A stretch of DNA of 64,000 bases, taken from a virus (lineage: Duplodnaviria > Caudoviricetes). Location of the stretch: the IMG/VR virus record IMGVR_UViG_3300043468_001158; one strand, given 5' to 3'. Shown here piece by piece: positions 19,542-30,936 of this stretch (position 1 is the first letter of the stretch; each line of letters begins with the position of its first letter). The translations under genes were made by a program, and so were the position numbers. A model generated the notes under the pieces. That model made no database searches and was not told the origin of the DNA. It worked only from the letters and a program-made list of their open reading frames with translations.

Positions 19542-22500
19542 TTAGCGACTATCTTTAGATACCATTACACCTCTCCAAGTAGTACCACCGTCTCTTGTAT
19601 AGAATGTTAGAATGTCAGTACCTGATGCAGTAAGAGTTGGAGCAGCACCACTTGACCATTTAGTACCAGATGGCCATGTAACTGTATAAGCACCACCATT
19701 AGTTAGTTCAAGTGTGAATGATGCCGCATTACCTGATGCTGGAGCACCAGAAAATGTATAAGTAGTTGCACCGTTCAATGTCATAGAAACCATTGAGCCA
19801 TTTAGAACATTGATATTTTGAGCACCTGATACTGCTCCGTAGTTGTTAGCAACTTCAACATAGCTATGAGCCAGGAATGACTTATTGTTATAAGTTCTAA
19901 CATAAGCAGAATCAGACATGTAGATACCACCGCCATATGATTCATTATACCAGCCTTGAGCACCAGAACTTCTAAACCAACCACCAGTGTATATTTGTCC
20001 ATTTGCTGTGAAATTGCCAGTAACTGTACCTCCGCCAATTGGCAAAGCATAAGACCCAACATTTACACTATCAACAATAACTTTCCATGCTCCCCATGAA
20101 TTAGATGATAATTCACGAAGATAAAAGTTATCATCCCAGTATCCTTTAGACATTTGCCATCCATATCTATCACCTGCATAATGACCCATTGCAGTCATCC
20201 ATGTAATATGTGAAGCAACAGGAGCATTTGCTGGAGGACCATTATACAAGTAAAAACCACTTTTTTGCGTTGTGACATTATTCATATCTGAGATAGTATC
20301 AGTAGCTGCAGCGCCATTCGTTCCAGAACAAATATTAGCTAAGGAAATTCCGCCTACAGCGCTTGAATCATCAGCGACACGAGCACTATCTACACGAACA
20401 CCATAAGTTTGAGAACCATTCCATCCCATCAATGTAGGGAAAGAAGCTGTCCAAGCTTGTGTAGAATTTGTGCTATTGACTGCAGTTCCATCTGGCGAAG
20501 TACCGGCAGAAGCATCAAAGATTGAATGACCATTACCATAGTTCTTCCATGCCAACTGTCCAACTACTGCAGAAATAGTACCATTTGTGCTCCAAGTAGA
20601 ACGAGTAGTAGATAAATTTACTGCGGTTCCTAAAATATTAAACCACATTGGCATTGATGATATACAATTAGACCCATCAAATCCAAAATACTTAGTACCA
20701 GTATTACCAAAGTAAATGTAACCTGTTGTTGGAGTAGCAGCTCGTGACGAAGTAATGTCGCTGCTTGATAAGGTTCCGCCAATCCAAACTGCTCCACCTT
20801 CATTAATACGCATTCTTTCTAAATTATTTGTCATAAAGACTATTGGAGTATTTGTTCCTGTTCTTAGTTCAGATTGGGCTCCATTTGAAGTCAAGGCAAT
20901 AGTAGAAGAACCATTCGCTACCGTCAATCCAGTATAAGAACCATCAGTACTTGTTATTGCGATAGAAGAACCACTATTGTCAATATCTTGAACAGTTAAA
21001 AACCCACGAATAGTTCCAGAACCATAAACATCAAGTTTTGAATATGCAGTAGAACCACCAATTGCAACATTACCAGCATTGTCAATACGCATTCTTTCTG
21101 TGCCAGCAACATTGAATGTAAAATTAGGAGTGCTAGAACCACTTGCGTTTAAGGTTACTATCCCATTAGTTTCATCAAATATTTGTTCTAAATATGGATT
21201 TTTCGTTTGACCTAAAATACCTGTACGTTGGAGAACATTAGAACCAGTAGCATTTTTTCTTACCTCTAATGAAACTGTAGGAGCTGATATTCCAATACCT
21301 ACGTTGCCTTGAGAAAGTCTCATTCGTTGAACGCCTTCAGTAGCAAACGAAATGTCTCCATTATTTGTATGAATAGATAATCCATTTGTATTGATTGCTT
21401 CGAGAGCACAACCATTGGCGTTGTTCATACCAGAGTTATAGGTCATGGTTCCGGCAGTTGTTTTTCCGTAATAAGTTATATTGACAGAAGACCATGAAGA
21501 AGCATAAAAATCATGAGCACCTGCAAGAAGTGTTGCCGCATCAGTTGTGTGTTGTGATTGAGCACAAATATTACTATTGACTACAAAATTATGTAAAGAT
21601 GGATTTGTAGCTCCATTGACACCGACATTGACACGTCCAGTATAACTAATACGCATTCTTTCTGTTGGAGCCGCAGCGTTAGATGTATGGAAAGTCAAAT
21701 CAATTTGATTGCTACCATTATTGATTGCTCGAATTTGAGCATCACGTACTGACACCCCATTATTGCCAGGGTCCAAGCTAAGCGCGACTGCAGAATTTGC
21801 AGTCGCAGAAGTATTGACAAAACGAGCAACTCCAATAGCCGCTCCAGCTGATGTGCCAAAAGCTTGTAATGTTCCTTGTGACGCTGTAGCAGTTCCACCG
21901 ATACCAACGTTACCAGTAGTGTTTAACGTTGCAAGTGATAACAACCCACTTGATGGATTGTATGTAAGACCTGAGTCTGTCGCTAATGTAACACCCGTAC
22001 CTTGTGAAGTTGCAAACGTTGGAAAGTAAGATGCATTGGTTTGATTATCAGATGCAGACACTGAACCACCTGCAACTGTTGTCCATGATGGTGCAGCAGA
22101 AGGACCACCTGATGTTAGTACCTGACCGGCAGTACCATAGTTAGCTCCGCCAATACCCCATTGTCCAGAAGCACCTATACGAAAACGTTCTGTTGCGTTA
22201 GTATGGAAAGATAATGGGAATGATTGATAGTTACCAAAATTTACGGTGGTTCCATTACTGCTTAATAAAACGTCCGTTTCAAAGGTTGCACCATCATACA
22301 TTGACCATTTTTGAGCATATGAATTTATTGCTCTATCATTCGACATAGCAAGTTTTGCACCAAGGCCAGTAGGATTAACTCCAATACCAACATTACCAGC
22401 AGTATCAATACGCAAACGTTCTGCGCCACTTGTTTGAAAAACAATAGGAAGAAATGAACCAGTACCAATTTTATCAGCCCAAATGTTTGCTTGTATTGAT

Positions 22501-22760
22501 GTAATATTGATACCAGCTCTAGCACTATTAAACATATCTGAAGAACCATAAACTACAAACTGAGATGATGTAGCAGTTCCATTTGGAATAGCAGATATAG
22601 TAGTATTAGTATTAGCAGTACTAGTTTGAAATGCAACGCGATTAGAATGTGTTGCATTATCAAAATCACCTTGAATACGAGCTCCTGTAGAATCAAATAT
22701 CAGATTAGCTCCGACATTGACTCCGTTTTTTACTTTGAAATTTGAATTGTTGATTGCCAT
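19542..22760 (-). CDS. Long tail fibre-like protein
   Basis: Repeated 'TERMRI/GNVGIG' shaft motifs; C-terminal 'FTLELTNGG...WPSGTKW...PTLTASGTDILTF' domain. Confidence 0.8.
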   Translation of the reverse strand: MAINNSNFKVKNGVNVGANLIFDSTGARIQGDFDNATHSNRVAFQTSTANTNTTISAIPNGTATSSQFVVYGSSDMFNSARAGINITSIQANIWADKIGTGSFLPIVFQTSGAERLRIDTAGNVGIGVNPTGLGAKLAMSNDRAINSYAQKWSMYDGATFETDVLLSSNGTTVNFGNYQSFPLSFHTNATERFRIGASGQWGIGGANYGTAGQVLTSGGPSAAPSWTTVAGGSVSASDNQTNASYFPTFATSQGTGVTLATDSGLTYNPSSGLLSLATLNTTGNVGIGGTATASQGTLQAFGTSAGAAIGVARFVNTSATANSAVALSLDPGNNGVSVRDAQIRAINNGSNQIDLTFHTSNAAAPTERMRISYTGRVNVGVNGATNPSLHNFVVNSNICAQSQHTTDAATLLAGAHDFYASSWSSVNITYYGKTTAGTMTYNSGMNNANGCALEAINTNGLSIHTNNGDISFATEGVQRMRLSQGNVGIGISAPTVSLEVRKNATGSNVLQRTGILGQTKNPYLEQIFDETNGIVTLNASGSSTPNFTFNVAGTERMRIDNAGNVAIGGSTAYSKLDVYGSGTIRGFLTVQDIDNSGSSIAITSTDGSYTGLTVANGSSTIALTSNGAQSELRTGTNTPIVFMTNNLERMRINEGGAVWIGGTLSSSDITSSRAATPTTGYIYFGNTGTKYFGFDGSNCISSMPMWFNILGTAVNLSTTRSTWSTNGTISAVVGQLAWKNYGNGHSIFDASAGTSPDGTAVNSTNSTQAWTASFPTLMGWNGSQTYGVRVDSARVADDSSAVGGISLANICSGTNGAAATDTISDMNNVTTQKSGFYLYNGPPANAPVASHITWMTAMGHYAGDRYGWQMSKGYWDDNFYLRELSSNSWGAWKVIVDSVNVGSYALPIGGGTVTGNFTANGQIYTGGWFRSSGAQGWYNESYGGGIYMSDSAYVRTYNNKSFLAHSYVEVANNYGAVSGAQNINVLNGSMVSMTLNGATTYTFSGAPASGNAASFTLELTNGGAYTVTWPSGTKWSSGAAPTLTASGTDILTFYTRDGGTTWRGVMVSKDSR

Positions 22761-22774
22761 GTTTGTGTTGCTCC

Positions 22775-25612
22775 TTATTTAGATTCTAATACTTTGATAC
22801 GAGCTTCAAGTTCTTTGATAGCTTCAAGTAATACTGGAATGAGTTTGTCATATGCTACAGTTCTATAACTTTCACCTTCAATTTCAGTTGAAGTCATTAC
22901 TATTTCTGGCATGACTGCTTGAACTTGGTCGGCTAAAATACCATAATCTTTCTTACCAGCTTTGCCTTTTGTATGCTCAATTCCTTCTTTCCATGTAAAG
23001 GTTCCACCATCAATTGCATTGACAATATCAAGAGGGTTTTGAATGACTTGGAAGTTCTCTTTTAGACGAGGGTCAGAATATGCAGTAACGTTGCCAGCTG
23101 CAGTAATATCGCCCATACAATAAAAGTTGCTAGTTCCGTAATCTACACGATTTGCCCAACCACCAACGCTATTTAGCATACCAATACCAGCACCGTCTGC
23201 ATAGAAATATCCACGAGTTGTTCCGGCTGGTGCCATTTGAATTGAACCGGACATTGTACCGCCAGTCAAAGGCAATGCATAAGAGCTAAAGTTGCTTGAA
23301 TGCAAGAACCTTACCCAAGAACCCCATGTGCCATTTTGAACATTACGTGAATAAAGCTCAGTAGCATTATCTTCCCAACCCCATGCATTTTGTCTTCCCC
23401 AATAACCACCAGCATTAGAATGACGCATGTTTTCGATAAACCACCAAGTACCTGTTGGGCCACCAACAGATGATTCAGTCCATGAACGACGTGCTGCAGT
23501 TGTTTCAGTAAAGTAAGTATTCCAGTTGCCAGTTGTTCCAAAATTCATTCCCTGATATGTAGCAACTGTAGAAGTTGCCGAGTTTCCTGAACAAGACGAT
23601 GATGTACCTGAAGTAGTAGCGTAGCTGACACTAAAATTTGATGGATTATAGACGTAGATGTTAGAACCATCATTACTTCCCCATAACCATGAAGGTTGTC
23701 CTCCTTGACCTGACCAATTGAATGTCATTGCTGTTCCATTGCCACCACTTTGAGATAAAGTAGAAGCTTTAGTTGCAAGAGTCGCAGTTGCAGCATTTCC
23801 TGTACAAGAAGCTGAACTTCCTAAAATATTGAAATACATTGGCATTGATGTTACAAAGTTAGAACCATCAAAACCGCAATACTTAGTACCAGTATTACCA
23901 AAGTAAATGTAACCTGTAGTTGCAGCAGCAGAACGATAAGCAGTAATGTCACCGGTTGTTAATGAACCAGCAGCAACAAGATTGTTACCGTTCAGTTCTA
24001 CATAATTAGTTCCATTGCTAAAGATACGAATAATACCATTACTATCAAGTGCTTGAATACCGCATCTAAAAGTACCACCTGACGTACCTGAAAGTAACCA
24101 AGTAGCAGAAGCAGCGGTTCCCATCGTTGTATTGAATGCACCAGTTGTTTGGCCATTAGTTGTGCCCCAACCTGTAGAAAAACCTGATGCACGTACATTA
24201 TGAGGCGTATAGATACCGTTTGTATCAATGAGAGCTCTTTCTGTTCCCCATGCACCAGTATAAGCTCCAGTTCTAAAGCTTATTCCACCTGCATCAGTTA
24301 CCGCAATACCTGCATATGATGGAGTTCCACCATTATAGTTCTTGAATGTAAGAGCAGGGTCGTCAGTACCACCAGTCGTTTCCAGTTGAAGAACTGAACC
24401 GTATGTTGCATTACCAGGATGCTTCATTTGAATACTTGTGCCATCACCAATACGAATACGTTCGACTGAAGAAGTAGCAATTGAAATAGGACCAGTATTA
24501 GTATGAATTGAAATACCGGCCGAATTGATAGCTTCAATAGCACAAGCATTTGCATTGTTCATACTTGGATTGTACGTCATAGTACCAGCGGTGGTTTTAC
24601 CCATATATGACATATTGATACTTGACCAAGAACTATTGTAATAGTCATGAGCAACTGCTTGAATAGATGAACGAGCTGTTGTGCTTTGAGCTTGAGAAGA
24701 AATATAGCCTGTTGATACTAACAGAGCATTAGCATCAGGAGCAGTTGCAGCATTTACACCTACCGTTACTTGACCTGCAGCATTGATACTCATTCTTTCA
24801 ACACCACCACCGGAAACACCATCAGCTTTAGTGCCAAAGCTGATAACCGCACCTTTGTTATTGGCAGTTGAACCAGTTGTACCGGAAGAGATGTATGCAT
24901 TTCTGAGAGAACTTGATGAAGTATTACCTACATCATACCATTCAATGTTACCGTTGTTTCCTGAACCTGCGACCGAGTTTGCAAGTTGTAATGAACCTTG
25001 GTCACCAGAACCCATAATAGTCAAATAACGTCTATTGCTGGCTGGAGCTAATTGGGTAGAAGTTCCAATAAGAACATTACCGGTGAAGTAAGAACCCAAA
25101 GTTGAATGAATAGAAAGTGAATTCCCCCATGTTACTGCTGCCCCTGGAACACCAATTACTGAAGTTCCTAGAAATAATGAACCGTCAACTGCATCTGTAG
25201 CAATTGAAATAACTCCAGCCCCACCATTACTATCACTTACTCCTTTAGCATACAATGCACCAGTAGCACTTTGATAATGTCCAGAACGAATGTTGAAGTT
25301 TCCACCACCATCATTCCATGAAATACGTTTATGAGCACCATCATCTAATAGAATTGCACCACCACCTCCACTTAGCCATAATGCTCCATCAGTAAGAGAT
25401 TGAGTTGTTGTATTTGTCGATTTTATCATCAACGCAGTAGTATTACCATTGGTGACTACGGTGTCCAATGTTTGACTACCACCCGCATTAGCAAGTACAT
25501 ATGCACGAGTCGCTGCATCTGACGCATTAACTGGGTCAGCTACATTAGTGATGGTTTTTGAGTTGTTATCAAGGCCATTTTTGACCAAGAAGCGATTGTT
25601 GTTGATTGCCAT
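22775..25612 (-). CDS. Tail fibre with C-terminal peptidase S74 intramolecular chaperone
   Basis: 'YSDPRLKENF...YGILADQVQAVMPEIV...VAYDKLIPVLLEAIKEL' autocleavage/chaperone signature. Confidence 0.85.
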   Translation of the reverse strand: MAINNNRFLVKNGLDNNSKTITNVADPVNASDAATRAYVLANAGGSQTLDTVVTNGNTTALMIKSTNTTTQSLTDGALWLSGGGGAILLDDGAHKRISWNDGGGNFNIRSGHYQSATGALYAKGVSDSNGGAGVISIATDAVDGSLFLGTSVIGVPGAAVTWGNSLSIHSTLGSYFTGNVLIGTSTQLAPASNRRYLTIMGSGDQGSLQLANSVAGSGNNGNIEWYDVGNTSSSSLRNAYISSGTTGSTANNKGAVISFGTKADGVSGGGVERMSINAAGQVTVGVNAATAPDANALLVSTGYISSQAQSTTARSSIQAVAHDYYNSSWSSINMSYMGKTTAGTMTYNPSMNNANACAIEAINSAGISIHTNTGPISIATSSVERIRIGDGTSIQMKHPGNATYGSVLQLETTGGTDDPALTFKNYNGGTPSYAGIAVTDAGGISFRTGAYTGAWGTERALIDTNGIYTPHNVRASGFSTGWGTTNGQTTGAFNTTMGTAASATWLLSGTSGGTFRCGIQALDSNGIIRIFSNGTNYVELNGNNLVAAGSLTTGDITAYRSAAATTGYIYFGNTGTKYCGFDGSNFVTSMPMYFNILGSSASCTGNAATATLATKASTLSQSGGNGTAMTFNWSGQGGQPSWLWGSNDGSNIYVYNPSNFSVSYATTSGTSSSCSGNSATSTVATYQGMNFGTTGNWNTYFTETTAARRSWTESSVGGPTGTWWFIENMRHSNAGGYWGRQNAWGWEDNATELYSRNVQNGTWGSWVRFLHSSNFSSYALPLTGGTMSGSIQMAPAGTTRGYFYADGAGIGMLNSVGGWANRVDYGTSNFYCMGDITAAGNVTAYSDPRLKENFQVIQNPLDIVNAIDGGTFTWKEGIEHTKGKAGKKDYGILADQVQAVMPEIVMTSTEIEGESYRTVAYDKLIPVLLEAIKELEARIKVLESK

Positions 25613-25650
25613 AATTCCCTATCCTTATGAACTATTTTAGAAATAGTATA

Positions 25651-25678
25651 ATGGAGAGAGCTCTATGGCTCTCTCCAT
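25651..25678. terminator. Intergenic hairpin between fibre genes
   Basis: atggagagagc-tctatg-gctctctccat 11-bp stem. Confidence 0.6.
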
Positions 25679-25688
25679 GATTTGCTTA

Positions 25689-28600
25689 TTAAGCTGCTAT
25701 TGTTGTTGCCACCACTTTGAATACTGTTACAGCATTAGCTACAGTTGCAGCAATCAAACGAATTTGACCGCCACTAATATCAACCGCAAAAGTTGCTAAT
25801 GAAGAACCTGTAAACATTGTTCCATATTCATTGACCCAAGTATCAGTGCCGTTATGAATGACATGGATTTTAGTAGTATGATACGAAGTTCCAGAAGTTG
25901 CTTGTATCAAGTATTCAACAGTTCTATACGATGCTGAAGCTAGTTGCATAATCACTTGGTTTGCATCAGTCGTAGAAGTGGTAAGTGATGTTGAAGAAGT
26001 ATTGCCGCATGCAGTACCAAACTGAGTAGCAGTGACTGTTCCACTTGCTGATACATTAGTTGTGCTAAAAGTACCAGTTCCACTAAAAGTATATGTATAA
26101 TGTGTTGCTACAGAATCTAACGTTCCCGCAGTTGAAGCTACAAATAACTGAGCACCTGATGCACCACTATTTCTTAGCACATAACCATAAGTATTAGTGC
26201 CAAGATGTTTCCAACCAGCATTCCAATACATCCCATTACTAATGTAAGAACCCTCAGTAGAACCAGATGAATACAAATAGCTTGGTATTACGTTAGCTGG
26301 TAATGAACCACTTGTTACATTAGATGCATTTAGATTGGTAAGATTCGCACCAGATACCGCACCAAAAGAACCTGACCAAGTACCAGAAGTAATAGTACCA
26401 ACAGATGTCAAGCTTGAAGAAACTATTGAAGAACCTAAAGTAGTCGCATTCAATACATCAACATTGTTGATTTTGAATGCTTTACCAGTTGCTAAGTTCC
26501 AGTTTTCAGAAGAAGTCCAGTTAGCATTAGCATTATCCCAAAGAATAGTTTTGTCAGTAGCACCTTTCAATGTAATACCACCACCATCAGCAGTGACGTT
26601 TGTTGGAGTTGTAACTGAGCCAAGTTCTATGTTCTTATCATCAACAGTAAGAGTTGTTGAATTGACAGTGGTTGTTGTACCATTGATAGTAAGATTTCCA
26701 GTAACGACTAAGTTAGTAGAAAAAGTTGCATTAGTTGCATCAAATGTTACATATGTAGTAGCAGCATTACCAAATGCATGAGTTCCTAAACTCGGGTCAC
26801 GTTCCCACCAGGTTTTACTATCAGTTCCTGGAGTACCAAAAGAAACATCAATAGCAACACCTTGATGAAGTTTTACATTGTCCCATCCAGCACCAACACT
26901 TTTTCTAACTAAGTAGCTAATATCTTTTACTGTATTTCCGTCAGCTGATGCATTTTGAATAACGATTGCAACATTATTTCCGACAGAAGCACCGATGTTA
27001 GTAGTATTAGTAACATTGATAGTTCCAACTTTTCCGATATTGGCAGCTGTTCCTAATGTCAATCCGCCAGAATTGAATGTTGCAAATACAGTACCACCAT
27101 CTTGACTTCGAATATATGTTGTAGATGCATCAAGATAAGCAGCTCCACCCCATAACTCAAAATTAGAACCACCGTTATTCTCTGAACGAAGAACTAAGGC
27201 ACCACCTACTGCAGTATTAGTAATGTTCAAAATACCTGTTTGATTGACAATAGCAGAATTAGTACCATCATGAACCATGTACAAGTCATTTCCTGTACCA
27301 ACATAAATGGCATTATTATCTTCGACTTTTACATGACCACCAAATATGGCTGAAGCAGATGATAATGATAATTCTGACGTTCCACCAATATAGAAGTTAT
27401 AACTATTAGCTGTTCTGTCATATGCAATGTAATCTGTGCTATCAAACACAACTATCGGATTTGCGCCGGATGCGCCCATATAAAAGTTACTAGTAATAGA
27501 ACTAGGATAGAATGATGTAGAACCACTAGCTTCTACAGCCATACGTTTTGTAAGCGTAGTGCCTAATTGAGTTAAAAACTCAATGTTGCCATTGTCAGTA
27601 ACTCCATCAAAAGTCGAACCAGCGACGAAGTGAATTCTAGCAACATCATCAGATCCTGAGCCGTTCCAACCCCAACCGGCGACACTGCCAAGAATATCAC
27701 CTGATTGAACTACAGCTGGAGCCGCAGAAGAACCGCGAGCTGATTGAAGTTCAATAGCTGGAAATCCACCAGCAAATCCGCTGTTATAATTTAGTATTGC
27801 GATACCTGGCCATTGAGCGACAGTTGAACTAGTGTTTTGTACTATCAATCTTGTAGAAGCATCAGCAGCTGAAATTAAAGGAGCAGTACTAAAAGTTTTG
27901 AAACCAGTAATAGTTTCAGTTCCTGCTAAATGAACAACGTTACTATCAGTTGCTAATGTTGCAGTATCTAAAGTCCAAGTATCAGCAGCAGTCTTTTTCA
28001 AATAACCTGAAGTACCAGCAAGTGCAGCAATAGCAGTTAAGTCTGCATCAAGAGCTTGCTTATTATTCAATTGAGTTTGAATAGCAGATGTTACACCTGA
28101 TAAGTAATTGACTTCAGCAGAAGTAGCAGTGATTGCATCAATCCAAGTATTTTGAGCAGATGTCAAATGAATGGTTTCATCAGTAGTATGTGATAACGGA
28201 GCCGCATCAGTAATACCATAACCTGCAAGTGTAGTTGCTCTGCCAGTAACATCAGCCCAAGCTAAGTAAGCATCGATTGTGCCTTTAGTACCAACTACTA
28301 TGTCACCGACAGATGACGTAACTTCTGGAACAAATGTGAATTTACCGGTACTTTTATCATATCCAAAGAAACCTTCTTTCTCATTAGTGCCATTATGCCA
28401 TTTAAATTTCCATCCTCTATCGTATGCATTGTTAGCTTGGCCGCCTAAAGAAGCTATCAAAGGAATGTATTGACGAGTATAGAAGCTAGAACATGTAACA
28501 GTACCTTGACAGTTCATATTTGTTGAAGTACCTAAACTTCCAGTAATATCACATCCGGCGGCATTGAAATAAGCAATCGTTGTTCCACCTTGTGTTCTAA

Positions 28601-30764
28601 TAGATGTTGCGGCAGAATCGATAAATAAACTGCCATTCAATAGTTCTATATTACTACCAGCTCCAGAATAGCAATTCAAGTAAATTGCTTGAGCTCCATT
28701 TACTGTCAAGTTACCAGTGCTATTAGTAATGGTGGCATGTGCACCGGAATGCGTCAATCCTAAATCGTTATCAGTACCTAAGTAGAAGTTACTTGCATCT
28801 GGAAGTTTGATACCTGCACTGAAGGTTTTCAAACCAGTAGCAGTTTCAGCTCCAGCCAAATGCATCGCTAAACTGTCAGTTGCATAAGTAGTAGTATCTA
28901 ATGTCCATGTATCAACAGCAGTTTTCTTCAAGAAACCTGAAGTTCCAGCCAGTGCAGCAATAGCAGTCAAATCTGCGTCAAGAGCTTGAGCATCGGTAAT
29001 TCCATAACCTGCAAGTGTGGTAGGATTGCTACCAGCAGTGACACGTCCAAAGTCATCAGTAGTGACTGATTTGTATGTACCTGCAGTACCAACTTTGACA
29101 AGTGATAATTGAGCATTGGTCAATGTGCTTGAAGTAGTACCATCAACTGTAGTCATCAATCCGCCAGTCGCATATACATCAACACCGACTTCATCAGTTG
29201 GCAATTGAGCAATACCTGCACCAAGATTGACATCAAGTGTGTTACCTGATTTGACTAAACCAACACCAGCAGTAATACCTGAAGCTCCATTGAACTGAGT
29301 AAATGCAATAGCATCTGTTTCTAAAGTTGATACATTATTGACTTGTGTCCAACCTGTATCAGCAAAAGTAGTACCACCTTCAACAAATACTGCAGCACTA
29401 TTCACTTCGTTGATTGGAGTAGTTGCATCCATATCTGTTGAACGAGTCCAAGCACCAGCAGCCACGACATAGATACCGTTAGCAGAAGCAGTTGTTTGAT
29501 TTTTCACAAGAACTCGATTACCAGCAACAAGTGCAACACCATCAACTGTTTGAGCACCTGATAAAGTGATGTTTCCATTAGTTGCAGCTTTTACTGAATT
29601 CTTCCATGTCAAGCCCGCTAAGTTGCCATCAACATAGTTCTTATTCACTGCATCAGTACCAACTGAAGGAGCATCAGTCAATGTGATATGTTGTCCTGTT
29701 GGAATGACAATACTTCCTGTCATTGAACCACCAGCTTTAGGAAGAGCTGCAGAAGCGACATCATAAGCAGATTTCACAGCAGTAGAAGTAGCAGCTAATA
29801 CTGAAGAAGTAGTTGAAGTACTATCTGAAAGTTGAGCAACACCAGCTTGAGATGTAGAAGCTGATTGAATTGCAACTGATTGAATACCAGTAACATGACC
29901 ATTAGCATCAAATGTCAAATCCTGAACATATGTCAATCCTGAGTTATTCGCAGATGTTGCACCTGATACTGATGGATGAGCAGTCAAGTAAGTGTTAGTA
30001 TCTAATGCCCATGTATTAGCACCAGTTTTTGTAAGAATACCTGAAGTACCCGCAAGTCCAGCAATTGATGATAAGTCTCCATCAAGCGGTTGTGCATCAG
30101 TAATACCATAACCACCAAGTGTAGTTGGCTTGCCAGTTAGTGATGCAAATGTTGGTGTTGCAGCTGATATTGCTGAATTGACTTCTGCTTTAGTATAAGT
30201 TTCAGTTTTAGTATATGCATCAGTGATACCATAACCTGCAAGAGTATCTGGTTCTCCTTCAATTGCGTCCCAAGAAACGAGAGCTGGTTGAACCTCTACC
30301 CAAATAGCATCATAGTCATCCCAATAATAAAAGCCTTTTGAAGCACCACCGATAGGTGTAGTAGCATAAAACATTTGAAAATTTTCTGGAGTACTTGGCC
30401 ATTCGTCACCAACCATCAATTTGCCAGGAGCTCCAGCAACTGCATTCAATCCAGATTGTGTTGCATATTGAGTAGTATCTAAACTCCAAGTATTTGCTGC
30501 AGTCTTTTTCAATAAACCAGTATTACCAACTAATGAAGCGATTGCGACTAAATCTGGGTCCATTTCAGCGGAAGCAATCTTTATCCAAATGGTTGTTGGC
30601 GAAACTTGCGAACAGTAGTGAAGTCCAACATCGCCAGATGTCAAGTAAAAAAGCTCACCAATGTCAGGTGGGTTTGCTGGGCCGGTAGGAAAAGAAGTCC
30701 CATGAGCGACTACTGGGTTAGTAATCTGAGAGCCTTCAAGAAGTGTTAATCCATCTATCTTCAT
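25689..30764 (-). CDS. Large (1691 aa) proximal tail fibre-like protein
   Basis: Multiple 'TTLAGYGITDA' and 'DADLTAIAALAGT' repeats, 'KNSVKAAT...RVLVKNQT...NGIYVV' module. Confidence 0.8.
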   Translation of the reverse strand: MKIDGLTLLEGSQITNPVVAHGTSFPTGPANPPDIGELFYLTSGDVGLHYCSQVSPTTIWIKIASAEMDPDLVAIASLVGNTGLLKKTAANTWSLDTTQYATQSGLNAVAGAPGKLMVGDEWPSTPENFQMFYATTPIGGASKGFYYWDDYDAIWVEVQPALVSWDAIEGEPDTLAGYGITDAYTKTETYTKAEVNSAISAATPTFASLTGKPTTLGGYGITDAQPLDGDLSSIAGLAGTSGILTKTGANTWALDTNTYLTAHPSVSGATSANNSGLTYVQDLTFDANGHVTGIQSVAIQSASTSQAGVAQLSDSTSTTSSVLAATSTAVKSAYDVASAALPKAGGSMTGSIVIPTGQHITLTDAPSVGTDAVNKNYVDGNLAGLTWKNSVKAATNGNITLSGAQTVDGVALVAGNRVLVKNQTTASANGIYVVAAGAWTRSTDMDATTPINEVNSAAVFVEGGTTFADTGWTQVNNVSTLETDAIAFTQFNGASGITAGVGLVKSGNTLDVNLGAGIAQLPTDEVGVDVYATGGLMTTVDGTTSSTLTNAQLSLVKVGTAGTYKSVTTDDFGRVTAGSNPTTLAGYGITDAQALDADLTAIAALAGTSGFLKKTAVDTWTLDTTTYATDSLAMHLAGAETATGLKTFSAGIKLPDASNFYLGTDNDLGLTHSGAHATITNSTGNLTVNGAQAIYLNCYSGAGSNIELLNGSLFIDSAATSIRTQGGTTIAYFNAAGCDITGSLGTSTNMNCQGTVTCSSFYTRQYIPLIASLGGQANNAYDRGWKFKWHNGTNEKEGFFGYDKSTGKFTFVPEVTSSVGDIVVGTKGTIDAYLAWADVTGRATTLAGYGITDAAPLSHTTDETIHLTSAQNTWIDAITATSAEVNYLSGVTSAIQTQLNNKQALDADLTAIAALAGTSGYLKKTAADTWTLDTATLATDSNVVHLAGTETITGFKTFSTAPLISAADASTRLIVQNTSSTVAQWPGIAILNYNSGFAGGFPAIELQSARGSSAAPAVVQSGDILGSVAGWGWNGSGSDDVARIHFVAGSTFDGVTDNGNIEFLTQLGTTLTKRMAVEASGSTSFYPSSITSNFYMGASGANPIVVFDSTDYIAYDRTANSYNFYIGGTSELSLSSASAIFGGHVKVEDNNAIYVGTGNDLYMVHDGTNSAIVNQTGILNITNTAVGGALVLRSENNGGSNFELWGGAAYLDASTTYIRSQDGGTVFATFNSGGLTLGTAANIGKVGTINVTNTTNIGASVGNNVAIVIQNASADGNTVKDISYLVRKSVGAGWDNVKLHQGVAIDVSFGTPGTDSKTWWERDPSLGTHAFGNAATTYVTFDATNATFSTNLVVTGNLTINGTTTTVNSTTLTVDDKNIELGSVTTPTNVTADGGGITLKGATDKTILWDNANANWTSSENWNLATGKAFKINNVDVLNATTLGSSIVSSSLTSVGTITSGTWSGSFGAVSGANLTNLNASNVTSGSLPANVIPSYLYSSGSTEGSYISNGMYWNAGWKHLGTNTYGYVLRNSGASGAQLFVASTAGTLDSVATHYTYTFSGTGTFSTTNVSASGTVTATQFGTACGNTSSTSLTTSTTDANQVIMQLASASYRTVEYLIQATSGTSYHTTKIHVIHNGTDTWVNEYGTMFTGSSLATFAVDISGGQIRLIAATVANAVTVFKVVATTIAA

Positions 30765-30825
30765 GTGATTGGTCCTTTATGTGTAATAGAGAATGAGAGT
30801 ATTATTTGAACTTGCGAACTACTGC

Positions 30826-30833
30826 TATTTATA
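30826..30833 (-). promoter_or_regulatory. T4-type late promoter for fibre operon
   Basis: tatttata on + = TATAAATA on -. Confidence 0.7.
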
Positions 30834-30936
30834 AGATAATATGATTTATGTATCGGTTTAGAAACAATTGAACAATGTTTTTCTTATGTGGAAGAAACAC
30901 TAAAATATGTCATTTTTATGTCATTTATGTGGAAGA

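Noticed and set aside
19542-25612. Diversity-generating retroelement acting on fibre genes
   Set aside because: No reverse transcriptase in the window; mismatches between repeat copies are not adenine-specific and both copies are inside ORFs
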